64,000 bases of DNA from an uncultured Thermoleophilia bacterium (GTDB taxonomy: Bacteria > Actinomycetota > Thermoleophilia > UBA2241). Under the pieces are notes generated by a model. The model worked only from the letters and a program-made list of their open reading frames with translations. It was not told the DNA's origin and made no database searches. The stretch covers positions 315,940-379,939 of the forward strand of contig CAVXJO010000001.1 in NCBI GenBank assembly GCA_963762125.1. The letters run 5' to 3'. The translations under genes and the position numbers were made by a program. This document shows, one piece after another, positions 49,127 through 58,765 of this stretch (the first letter of the stretch is position 1; every line of letters starts with the position of its first letter).

Positions 49127-50331
49127 GGCTCGCTGCGCTCCTTGCTCGCAAGGACCTGATGGAGACCGCGCGGGACCGGCTGTCGTTCGTGTTCATCCTG
49201 GTCATGCCGCTGGCGTTCACCCTGTTCTTCGGCATCCTCTTCGGCGCCAACAGCAGCACCCAGAAGCTGCCGGTGGCGGTGTGGGACGCGGACGGCGGCG
49301 TTGCGGCGAAGCAGTTGGTCGCCGAGCTCGGCAAGTCCGCCGTGGTGCGCACGGTAGCCGTGAACGGCGCCGACCTCGAGCAGCAGATCGCCGACGGCAA
49401 GGCCGCCGCCGGCCTGGTGATCCCCGCCGGCTACAGCCAGGCGGTGGCGGACGGCAAGCAGGCGCAGCTCACGATCGTCTCGACGCAAGGGTCCAGCGGG
49501 GCGGCCACGGTGGCCAGCGAGATACGCTCGCTCGCCGGCGAGCAGGTGACGGTGGAGTTGGCGTCCCGTGCTGCCGCGGAGGCCGTCTGGGCGTTCATGA
49601 CGTACCCGGCGGGCGCGGAGGTCTCCGGCATCCCGAAGACGGCCGCCCGGGCGAGGCCCATCGTCGCCGCGGCGCTCGCATCGCCGGCCGCGAGCACGAA
49701 GGTCGTCGAGGCCGGCGCGGCCGCCAACCAGACCCCGAGCGGCTTCGTCCTCAGCTCGCCGGGCATGATGGTGAACTTCATCCTGTTCAGCCTCATGACC
49801 GCCGGCATCGCGCTCATCGTCGAGCGCCAGAACGGCACGCTGCAGCGCCTCATGACTACGCGGCTCCGCCGCTGGGAGCTCATCGGCGGCAAGGCGGTCG
49901 GCATGTTCTGTCTCACCTTCGCGCAGCAGATCCTGCTGATGGGCGTCGGGCAGCTCTTCTTCGGGGTCGACTACCTGCGCGACCCGGCCGCGTTGCTGCT
50001 GATGATGGTCTCGCTCTCACTGGTGGCGAGCACGCTGGGTCTGCTGCTCGCCTCGGTGATGAAGAGCGAGCAGGCGCTCATCGCGACGACGGTGCTCGTC
50101 TCGATGGCCGTCGCCGCCATGTCCGGCGCGTGGTTCCCGCTGGAGATCACCGGGCAGACGTTCCAGACCGTCGGCCACCTGCTGCCCACCGCCTGGATAC
50201 TCGACGGGCTGCGCGGGATCGTCGTGCGCGGGTTTGATGTCGCCGACGTGCTGCCCGCGTTCGGCGTCTCAGTCGCGTGGGCCGCGGGGTTCTTCGTGCT
50301 CGCCGTCTGGCGCTTCCGTCTCAGCGACTAG
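49123..50331 (+). CDS. ABC-2 permease with large extracellular domain (second subunit)
   Basis: LARKDL start, ERQNGTLQRL and SGAWFPLE; ATGA overlap with the previous gene. Confidence 0.88.
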   Translation: MRLAALLARKDLMETARDRLSFVFILVMPLAFTLFFGILFGANSSTQKLPVAVWDADGGVAAKQLVAELGKSAVVRTVAVNGADLEQQIADGKAAAGLVIPAGYSQAVADGKQAQLTIVSTQGSSGAATVASEIRSLAGEQVTVELASRAAAEAVWAFMTYPAGAEVSGIPKTAARARPIVAAALASPAASTKVVEAGAAANQTPSGFVLSSPGMMVNFILFSLMTAGIALIVERQNGTLQRLMTTRLRRWELIGGKAVGMFCLTFAQQILLMGVGQLFFGVDYLRDPAALLLMMVSLSLVASTLGLLLASVMKSEQALIATTVLVSMAVAAMSGAWFPLEITGQTFQTVGHLLPTAWILDGLRGIVVRGFDVADVLPAFGVSVAWAAGFFVLAVWRFRLSD

Positions 50332-50346
50332 AGAAGCGCCGCCCGC

Positions 50347-50661
50347 TCAGCCCTTCTTCGGCTTGATGCTCGCGTCCTTGGGCAGTGCCAGACCGGCCTC
50401 CACCTCGATCGCCTTGATGATGCCGCTGGGTACTGGGCAGGCGGGGTGGACGAGGTGCTCGGCGGCGAGTCTCAGGGTGACCGGGCCCTCGCCGCGGTAG
50501 CTGATCTCCTTGTACGGGTCGACCTCGGTGAGCGCCTCGGCGAGCTGCTCCACGTAGCCGCAGTCGGTCTCGAATTCGACGCGTACCTTGCGGCCCTCGG
50601 TCGTCGTCGTCACGGTGGTGCAGAATCCGCAGATGCCGCTCTCGATCTCGGCAGAAGCCAT
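50347..50661 (-). CDS. DUF6951-like small Cys-rich protein
   Basis: SGICGF.T, TDC, HPACPVPSGI.KAIEVEAGLALP.D..I; GGAGG RBS. Confidence 0.75.
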   Translation of the reverse strand: MASAEIESGICGFCTTVTTTTEGRKVRVEFETDCGYVEQLAEALTEVDPYKEISYRGEGPVTLRLAAEHLVHPACPVPSGIIKAIEVEAGLALPKDASIKPKKG

Positions 50662-50841
50662 CGGTCCTCCTGACACAGGTGCTCGTTCGGGTGAGGCAAT
50701 GGTACCCCGCCGGGGTATTTTCCGAGCGTGGTCCCCAGAGGGGAGCGGCGGCGCGTGGACGACGAGCGTCTCGCGCCGGAAGAGGCCTGGCCCCATCCCG
50801 CCGACTGCGAGTGCCCGGCCTGCTGCGCTGCCAGGTTCTGA

Positions 50842-50891
50842 CCGGCGCGACCGCCCGGCGCGACCGCCCGGCGCGACCGCCCGGGTCGACC
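50842..50891. repeat. 13-bp tandem repeat
   Basis: CCGGCGCGACCGC x3 plus a degenerate fourth copy. Confidence 0.8.
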
Positions 50892-50947
50892 TCACTGACC
50901 CTGTCGCCAGGGCCTCCGGACATGTCCCACTTGGAGTGTCCACATTC

Positions 50948-51040
50948 GTGGCGTCACGCAGGGCGTCATGGGTGGCGTCACGCAGGGCGTCATGGGTGGC
51001 GTCACGCAGGGCGTCATGGGTGGGCAGCGGGCGTCATGGG
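50948..51040. repeat. 24-bp tandem repeat
   Basis: GTGGCGTCACGCAGGGCGTCATGG x3 exact (50948-51019) plus a degenerate tail; GGCGTCA core every 12 bp. Confidence 0.85.
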
Positions 51041-51097
51041 TGCGCCACCAGTGGCGCCATGGTCCAGCGCACCACCTGCCCGCCCCGGCCGAGCCGT

Positions 51098-52569
51098 CTA
51101 CGGCCAGGGCAGTGTGGAGACGGCGTGCTCAACGAGCCGCAGCAGCGGCGTCGGGTACACGCCGAAGACGAGGATGAACGCGGTGAGCGTGGCGAGGACG
51201 ATGACGCCCGCCGCTCCTCCCGCGGCCGCGACCCGCGCGCCGGCGCCCGCGCCGGCCAGTTCCAGACTCTCGGGCCGGCGCACGTACATCACCACGATCA
51301 GGCGCGTGTAGTAGTACAGGCCGATCGTGCTGGTCACGACGAGCACGACGATCAGCGCCCACAGCCCCGCTCCCGCGCCGGCCGACACGATCACGAACTT
51401 CCCGATGAAGCCCATCGTGAGCGGCATGCCCGCGAGCGAGAACAAGGCCACGGCGAAGATGGCCGCCAAGACCGGCCGGCGCGCCCCGAGTCCCCGGTAG
51501 TCGCCCATGAGGTCGGCGTCGCGATCCGGCGGTGAGAGCACGGTGATCACTCCGAAGGCCGCCAGCGTGGTCGCGAAGTACGCGACGAGGTAGAAGCCGG
51601 CCGCCACCCCGGCGCGCTCGCCGCTCGCGAGGAACGCGACCAGCAGGTAGCCGAGGTGGGCGATCGAGGAGTACGCCAGGATGCGCTTGACGTTGTCCTG
51701 GCGCAGCGCCAGCAGGTTGCCGGCGAGCATCGAGGCGATGGCGACGGCGGCGAGCGCGAGGAACAGCGTCGAGCCGGTGTCGGAGCTCACCGGCAGCAGG
51801 TAGCGCAGGAGAAGGGCGAAGACGGCGCCCTTGGAGACCGTCGCCACGTAGGCGGTGACGGGCGCCGGCGCGCCCTCGTACACGTCCGGCGTCCACATGT
51901 GGAACGGCACGACGGCGAGCTTGAAGCCGACGCCGACGAGCAGCATGACGATGCCGACGGTGACGACGACCTGCTGCGAGCCGAGGCCGGCGGAGACCAG
52001 CGCGGCCACGCCCTCAGCCGACATCGTCCCCGCCTCGGCGTAGACCAGCGCCATGCCGAAGATGAGGAACGCCGAGGTGGCGCCGGCGAGCACCAGGTAC
52101 TTGACGGCCGCCTCGACGGCGTCCTCCCGGTGCACGGGGTAGACGATGAGCGCGTAGAGCGAGACGCTCAGGATCTCCAGGCCGAGGAAGAACGAGGCGA
52201 AGTGGGTGCTGGCCACGAGGGCGGCTCCGCCGAGCGTGGCCGTGAGCAGCAGCACGTAGTACTCCTCGGGGCGCACGTGCAGCCGCTTGAGGTAGCTCCA
52301 CGAGAGGATGGCCACGACCAGCGGTGGCCACCATGAGCAGACCGATGAAGAAGAGCGCGTAGGCGTCCATGGTGACGAGCGGCGTGACGACGCGCGCCGG
52401 TGCGCGAGGCGGAGACGAACAGCATGCCGAACGACGTCGCCAGCCCGGCGAGCGTGAGCGCGAGCGCGAGGCCGTGCGAGCGCCAGAAGGCGGCGGCCAG
52501 CATGACGACCACCGGCGCCAGCGTGAGCGCGATCAGCGGCGAGATGGTGAGGAGGTCGCCGGCCTTCAC
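51098..52569 (-). CDS. nuoN: NADH-quinone oxidoreductase subunit N (frameshifted near 5' end)
   Basis: EAAVKYL.L, GFKLAVVPFHMWTPDVYEGAP and KRILAYSSIAHLGY. Confidence 0.9.
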
Positions 52570-54208
52570 TGCGCGCGCCTCCGTCGTCGGCGAGGGCGGC
52601 TCGCCCGGCGGCGGTGTCGTCGCCGGCGGGGCGGCCTCGCCTGCGGCCGGGCCGCCCTGCTCGGCGCTCGGCTGCGGCTGGGCGAGCGTGCTCTGCGCGG
52701 TCATCTGCTGCAGCCCGGTCACCGTCTGCCGTGCTGTGGTGATCAGCGGCTGCGGCCAGAAGCCGAGCAGCACGAGCGCGGCGATCATGGCGCCGAACAT
52801 GCCGACCTCGCGCCTGGTGAGGTCGGCGAACGACCAGCTGTGCGTCTCCTCGCCCTGGAAGGCGCGCTGCATCATCCACAGGGCGTAGACCGTGGCGAAC
52901 ACCAGGCCGACGGCGCCGAGCACGGCGGCCCAGTGGCTCACCTGCCAGACGCCGACCAGGATGAGGAACTCGGCGACGAAGTTGCCGAGCCCCGGCAGGC
53001 CGAGCGAGGCCATGGCGAAGAACATGGCCGTGCCGCCCATCCGGGGCGCCACCTGCCAGAGGCCGCCCATCTTGTCCATGTCGCGGGTGTGGATGCGGTC
53101 CTGCAGCCCGCCGACCATGATGAAGAGGGCGCCCGTGGAGAGGGCGTGGCAGACGAGCTGCAGGATCACGCCCTGCAGCGCGAGCGTGTTCCAGGCGAAG
53201 ACCCCCAGGAGGACGAAGCCCATGTGGCTGACGCTCGTGTAGGCGACCAGCCGCTTCATGTCGTTCTGGCCGTAGGCCATGACCGCGCCGTAGATGATGC
53301 CGATCACGCCGAGGATGAGCGCCACGGTGCGGAAGTCGCGCACGGCGTCGGGGAAGAGCGGCACCATGAAGCGGAGCATGCCGTAGGCGCCGATCTTGAT
53401 GAGCACGCCGGCCAGCAGCACGGAGCCGGCGGTCGGGCGCCTCGGTGTGCGCGTCGGGAGCCAGGTGTGCAGCGGGCCACACCGGCAGCTTGACGGCGAA
53501 GGCGAAGAAGAACCCGAGCATGAGGATGAACGCCGTGCTCGCCGCCATCTGCGTGCCCAGCAACTGCGTGAAGTCGAAGGTGTACGACGCCTGTCGCGCG
53601 CCCGTGGATGAACTACCAGCGCGATGATCGCGACCAGCATCAGCAGGCCGCTGACCTGGGTGAAGATGAAGAACTTGATCGCCGCGTACACGCGCTTCTC
53701 GTGACCCCACACGGCGATCAGGAAGTACATCGGGATCAGCATCATCTCGAAGAAGAAATAGAAGAGGAACAGGTCGAGCGAGAGGAACACGCCGGCCAGC
53801 CCCGCCACGGTCCAGAGGATCATGAAGTGGAAGGCGCCGACGTTCTTCGGTGATGCCGCGCCACGAGGCGAGCACGGCCAGCAGGCCGAGCGCGAACGTG
53901 AGCAGCAGCATGATGATGCGTCAGGCCGTCGGCGGCGAGGAAGAAGCTGATGCCGAGCGAGCCGATCCAGGTGGCCTTGACGTCGGCGATCCAGGACCCG
54001 GCCACCAGGCCGGACGGGCCGGGTCCCCTGGCGGCGAAGGTCGCCTGCAGGGCGCTCGCCTTGGCGATCCACTGCCCGGCCAGGACGCGAGCGGCAAGGC
54101 CGTTCCGACCACCGCCGTCCAGCGCGCGAGCGCCGGCCTGACCGCCCGAGCAGCCAGGCGACCGGGGCCGCCGCCGCCGGGATCAGGATGTAGCAGCAGC
54201 AGGATCAC
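52566..54208 (-). CDS. nuoM: NADH-quinone oxidoreductase subunit M (frameshifted)
   Basis: LFYFFFEMMLIPMYFLI, AVKLP, KIGAYG, KRLVAYTSVSHMGFV and LPGLGNFVAEF. Confidence 0.9.
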
Positions 54209-54212
54209 GGCG

Positions 54213-56118
54213 TCACCTCAGCACCACGACGGCGAGGACGAGGGCGATGCCGAACCCGGCGACGGCCACGTAGGCGCGCAGGCGTCCGGTCTGGCCGGCG
54301 CTGAGCGCTGCGCCAGCCGACGACGTTGAGCCAGGCGATGCCGCCGACGACGTAGTCGACCAGGTCGTTGCGCGGCCACGCGCGCGAACCACTTGACCGG
54401 GATCACGAAGACCCGCTCGTAGACCCAGTCGAAGCCCCAGCCGCCGAACCAGTACGCGGCCAGCGGCCGGATGGCCGGCGACTCGGAGAAGGCGTGCGTG
54501 CTCTCTGCGCCAGCGGGATCCAGAGCAGCCAGGCGATGCCGATGCCGACGGCGACGATGAGGATGGTCACGAACGCCCCGCCGGTGCCGTCGGCGAAGGC
54601 CGCGTACCGGCCCGTCAGCTCGAGCGGCGGCAGCGCCGTGTCGAGGAAGTCCTCGAGCGGGTGGAACCCGCTCACCCAGCTCGGCATCCACACGAGACCG
54701 CCGACGATCGAAAGGGTCGCGAGCACGTAGAGCGGCACCAGCTGGCGCCAGCGCGGCCGCAGCGTGACCTCGGTGTGGCGCTCGCCGAAGAAGACGAGGA
54801 AGACGAGCCGGAACGAGTACAGCGCGGTCACGAACGCGCCGACCAGCGAGCCGACGTAGAACCACAGGCTGCCGTCCACCGAGCCGAGACTCGTGGCGAT
54901 GATGAGGTCCTTGCTGTAGAAGCCGGCGGTGACGAACGGGAGCGCGGCAAGGGCGGCGGCGCCGATGGTGAACGTCCAGAACACGGCGGGCAGTTCGCGC
55001 GCGCAGCCCGCCCATCTTGAAGATGTCGTGCTCGTCGGCCAGCGCGTTGATGATCACGCCGGCGGCGAGGAAGAGCAGGGCCTTGAAGAAGGCGTGCGTC
55101 ATGAAGTGGAACACGCCGGCCGCCCAGCGCGCCGACGCCGAGCGCCAGGAACATGTAGCCGATCTGGCTGATCGTCGAGTAGGCGAGCACGCGCTTGAGG
55201 TCGTGCTGCACCAGCGCGCTGAAGCCCGCCAGCAGCAGCGTCACCGCGCCGACGATGGCGACGATCAGCCGGGCGCCGGCGCGAGCGTGAACAGCACGTT
55301 GGTGCGCGCGATGAGGTAGACGCCGGCGGTGACCATCGTGGCGGCGTGGATGAGCGCGCTGACCGGCGACGGGCCGGCCATCGCGTCCGGAAGCCACGTC
55401 TGCAGCGGCAGCTGCGCCGACTTGCCGACGGCGCCGCCGAGGATGAGCAGGGCGGCGGCGACGGCCACGGCCGAACCGGGCGCCCAGCTTTGCTGCGCCG
55501 CCGCCAGCATCGGCTGGATCTCCAGCGTGTGCAGCTGCGTGAACAGCAGGAACAGTCCGACGATCAGCGCCGTGTCGCCGACGCGGGTGACGATGAACGC
55601 CTTGCGGCCGCTGTAGCCGTTCTGCGGGTCCTTGTACCAGAACGCCGATGAGCAGGTAGCTGCAGAGGCCGACGCCCTCCCAGCCGAGGTAGAGGAGCAG
55701 CAGGTTGTCGGCCAGCACCAGCACGAGCATCGAGGCGACGAAGAGGTTCAGGTACACGAAGAAGCGCGTGAAGCCCTCATCGTCGCTCCATGTGCTCGGT
55801 GGAGTACAGGTGGATGAGGAAGCCGACGAAGGTGATGACCAGCACCCAGAGGACGCTGACCGCGTCGAGGTAGAAGCCGATGTCGGGCGCAAAGCCGTCG
55901 ACGTCCATCCAGGTCCAGAGGACCTGGTGGTACGCGTCGCCGGCCGGCGGCGAGACGATGAAGCTGCCACAGACGAGCAGCGCGACGAGGGCCGAGAGGC
56001 CGACGGAGCCGGCGCCGATCCACGCCGCGGCGCCGCGGGTGAGGCGCCGGTCCAACAGCACGAGCGCCACGAAGCCGGCGGCGGGGAGCGCGGGGATGAG
56101 CCAGAGCAGCCCGAGCAT
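54213..56118 (-). CDS. nuoL: NADH-quinone oxidoreductase subunit L (frameshifted)
   Basis: [44 protein letters not shown] and KRVLAYST. Confidence 0.9.
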
Positions 56119-56120
56119 CG

Positions 56121-56429
56121 TCAGCCCTTCATCTCGTCGGCGTCGTCGATGTCGAGGCTCTTCAGCGACTGGCGGAAGCGGATGGCGATGGCGAGGCCGA
56201 CGGCGACCTCGGCGGCTGCCATGGCCAGCACGAAGAGGAACATCACCTGGCCGTCGGCCTGTCCCCAGCGCGCGCCGGCGGCGACGAAGGCCAGCCCGGC
56301 GGCGTTCAGCATGATCTCGATGCAGGCCAGCACGACGATGAGGTTGCGGCGCGTCAGCAGCCCGGCGAAGCCGATGGCGAAGAGGATCGCCGCGAGCACC
56401 AGGGCGTTGTCGAGGGAGACGGAGGCCAT
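56121..56429 (-). CDS. nuoK: NADH-quinone oxidoreductase subunit K
   Basis: Hand translation: RRNLIVVL.CIEIMLNAAGL...AAAEVAVGLA. Confidence 0.92.
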   Translation of the reverse strand: MASVSLDNALVLAAILFAIGFAGLLTRRNLIVVLACIEIMLNAAGLAFVAAGARWGQADGQVMFLFVLAMAAAEVAVGLAIAIRFRQSLKSLDIDDADEMKG

Positions 56430-57043
56430 CAGGCTTCCCCGTCCTCGGAGACGACATCCGGCTCGGCGACCAGGTCCGGCTGGGTGGCGAGGCCCTGCCC
56501 TGGTTGCGCCGCGCGGCCCTCGGCCTTCGTGCGGGCGCGCTCCATGGACTCCGCCGCCTCCTGCTCGTCGCCGGCGCGCGCCGCCACGTGCCGCGCGCCG
56601 ATGAGCGCGGCGAGGAGCAGCATCGACGCCAGTTCCACACCGAGCACGTAGGGCCCGTAGAGCGCCTCGCTCACCGCCTGCGGCCCGATCTCGGCGCCGG
56701 CCAGCGGCTGCGACTGCCGGGTGAGGCCGTAGATGACCTCGGCGAGCAGGATCGCGACGAGGATCGCCGGCCCCAGCCACGCCAGCTTGGGCACGCTCAC
56801 CGGCGAGTCGGCGCTCGCGTTGAGCAGCATCACGGCGAAGAGGAACAGCATCATGATCGCGCCGGCATAGACGATCACCTCGAGCGCCGCCACGAACGGC
56901 GCGCCGAGCGTGTAGAAGACGACCGCCACCGCGAACAGCGAGATCACCAGGTAGAGCAGCGCGTGCACCAGATTAGTCCGCGTCACGACCATGAGGGTGC
57001 TCAGCACGGCCACCACCGCGGCGATGTAGAACATCGCGGTCAT
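56429..57043 (-). CDS. nuoJ: NADH-quinone oxidoreductase subunit J
   Basis: HALLYL, VIVYAGAIMMLFLF and ELASMLLL. Confidence 0.92.
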   Translation of the reverse strand: MTAMFYIAAVVAVLSTLMVVTRTNLVHALLYLVISLFAVAVVFYTLGAPFVAALEVIVYAGAIMMLFLFAVMLLNASADSPVSVPKLAWLGPAILVAILLAEVIYGLTRQSQPLAGAEIGPQAVSEALYGPYVLGVELASMLLLAALIGARHVAARAGDEQEAAESMERARTKAEGRAAQPGQGLATQPDLVAEPDVVSEDGEA

Positions 57044-57057
57044 GTGCGCATCCTCGT

Positions 57058-57759
57058 TCACGGCAGGAGGTCCCTGACGTCGGCGGGCGGCGCCTCGTTC
57101 TCGGCCTCGCCCTTGCCCTTGCCGCCTATGGCAAGGCCGGCCACCCGGTAGAAGTCGTGGTCATGGTACTTGCCCGGGCCCGCGATGAGCAGGTCCTCCT
57201 TCTCGTAGACCATGTTGGGCCGCTCGTACTCGCTCATCTCCACGTCCGGCGTGAGCTGGATGGCGTAGGTGGGGCAAGCGTCCTCGCAGAAGCCGCAGAA
57301 GATGCAGCGCGAGAAGTTGATGCGGAACCACTCCGGGTAGCGCCGCCCGTGCTCGTCGGTCGTCGCCTGCAGGGCGATGCAGTCCACGGGGCAGGCAGCG
57401 GAGCAGAGGTAGCAGGCGACGCAGCGCTCTTCGCCCTCCGGGTCGCGGGACAGGATGATGCGCCCACGGTAGCGCGGCGGGAGGTAGACCATCTCCTCCG
57501 GGTACTGGACGGTGTCGCGGCTGCGCCACGCGTGGCTGATCACGACGCCCATGCCGACCAGCGTGGACCACACGGTGCGGCCGATGCGCGGCACCAGCGA
57601 CTGGCCGCGCCGCGCGAGGTGCCCGGTGACGATCACGTCGGTCGTGAGCGGCGGGTGCGTCTCGGGCGGCTGCGCCGGGCGGAACTCCTGCGGGCGGTCG
57701 GGCCTGGGCTGCGCCACTTCGGCGCCCCGCTCGTCAGCCCGATTTCGTTGGCTGTTCAT
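57058..57759 (-). CDS. nuoI: NADH-quinone oxidoreductase subunit I (N-terminal extension)
   Basis: Two ferredoxin motifs, [12 protein letters not shown] and [12 protein letters not shown]. Confidence 0.93.
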   Translation of the reverse strand: MNSQRNRADERGAEVAQPRPDRPQEFRPAQPPETHPPLTTDVIVTGHLARRGQSLVPRIGRTVWSTLVGMGVVISHAWRSRDTVQYPEEMVYLPPRYRGRIILSRDPEGEERCVACYLCSAACPVDCIALQATTDEHGRRYPEWFRINFSRCIFCGFCEDACPTYAIQLTPDVEMSEYERPNMVYEKEDLLIAGPGKYHDHDFYRVAGLAIGGKGKGEAENEAPPADVRDLLP

Positions 57760-57763
57760 GCCA

Positions 57764-58765
57764 TCACCCCGCCCTCGCCACGACGATAGCGCCGGTGATC
57801 AGCAGGTTCAGCAGGCTGAGCGGCAGCATGGCCTTCCAGCCGAGCGCCATCAGCTGGTCGTAGCGCGGCCGCGGGAACGTACCGCGCACGAGGATGAAGA
57901 GCGAGATGAAGATGAAGGTCTTGATGAGGAACCACACGACGCCGGGCAACCACGGCCCCAGCCAGCCGCCGAAGAACATGGTGACGATGAACGCGGAGAT
58001 CAGCGTCACGGCCACGTACTCGCCGACCATGAACAGGCCGAACTTCATGCCCGAGTACTCGGTGTGGTAGCCGGCGACGAGCTCGCTCTCGGCTTCGGTG
58101 AGGTCGAACGGGATGCGGCGCGTTTCGGCGAACCCGGCGACGAGGAAGACGACGAAGCCGATGAACTGCGGGAAGACGTAGTAGAGGCTGCGCTGCTGCG
58201 CCTCGACGATGTCGGAGAGGTTGAAGGAGCCGGCCAACGTCACCACACCGATGAGCGAAAGGCCCATGAAGACCTCGTAGCTCACCATCTGCGCCGCGGC
58301 GCGCAGCCCGCCGACCAGGGAGTACTTGCTGCGCGACGACCAGCCGGCGAGCACGACGCTGTACACGGCGATCGACGACATGGCGAGGAAGAAGAGGAGC
58401 CCGATGTTGAGGTCGATGACGACCCAGCCTTCAGCCACCGGCACGACCATGAAGGAGAGGAGCGCCGTGATCAGCACCAGGGACGGCGCCACCACGAACA
58501 CTCGCCGATCGGAGAACGGCGGCGTCCAGTCCTCCTTGAAGAGGATCTTGAACGTGTCCGCGAGGACCTGCAGCAGGCCGGCAGGGCCGACGCGGTTGGG
58601 GCCGTAGCGATCCTGCACGAGGCTGAGGAGCCGCCGCTCGTACCAGATCAGGCCGGCGGCGATGGTGAGCACGACGATGAGGACGAGCAGGACCGTCAGC
58701 AGCTCCCAATACCAGGCGGAGGCGCTGGCGGCGACGAGCGGGCCGGCGGCGAGCGCGGCGCTCAC
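57764..58765 (-). CDS. nuoH: NADH-quinone oxidoreductase subunit H
   Basis: ERR....[35 protein letters not shown] and PRPRYDQLM. Confidence 0.94.
   Translation of the reverse strand: MSAALAAGPLVAASASAWYWELLTVLLVLIVVLTIAAGLIWYERRLLSLVQDRYGPNRVGPAGLLQVLADTFKILFKEDWTPPFSDRRVFVVAPSLVLITALLSFMVVPVAEGWVVIDLNIGLLFFLAMSSIAVYSVVLAGWSSRSKYSLVGGLRAAAQMVSYEVFMGLSLIGVVTLAGSFNLSDIVEAQQRSLYYVFPQFIGFVVFLVAGFAETRRIPFDLTEAESELVAGYHTEYSGMKFGLFMVGEYVAVTLISAFIVTMFFGGWLGPWLPGVVWFLIKTFIFISLFILVRGTFPRPRYDQLMALGWKAMLPLSLLNLLITGAIVVARAG

Noticed and set aside
50948-51040. CRISPR array
   Set aside because: The repeats are directly tandem with no unique spacers, and there are no cas genes.
52400-52700. In-frame NuoM-NuoN fusion
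   Set aside because: A GTGA start/stop overlap exists at 52566-52569. A single indel in the GC-rich NuoM tail restores separate genes, and this region has many such errors.
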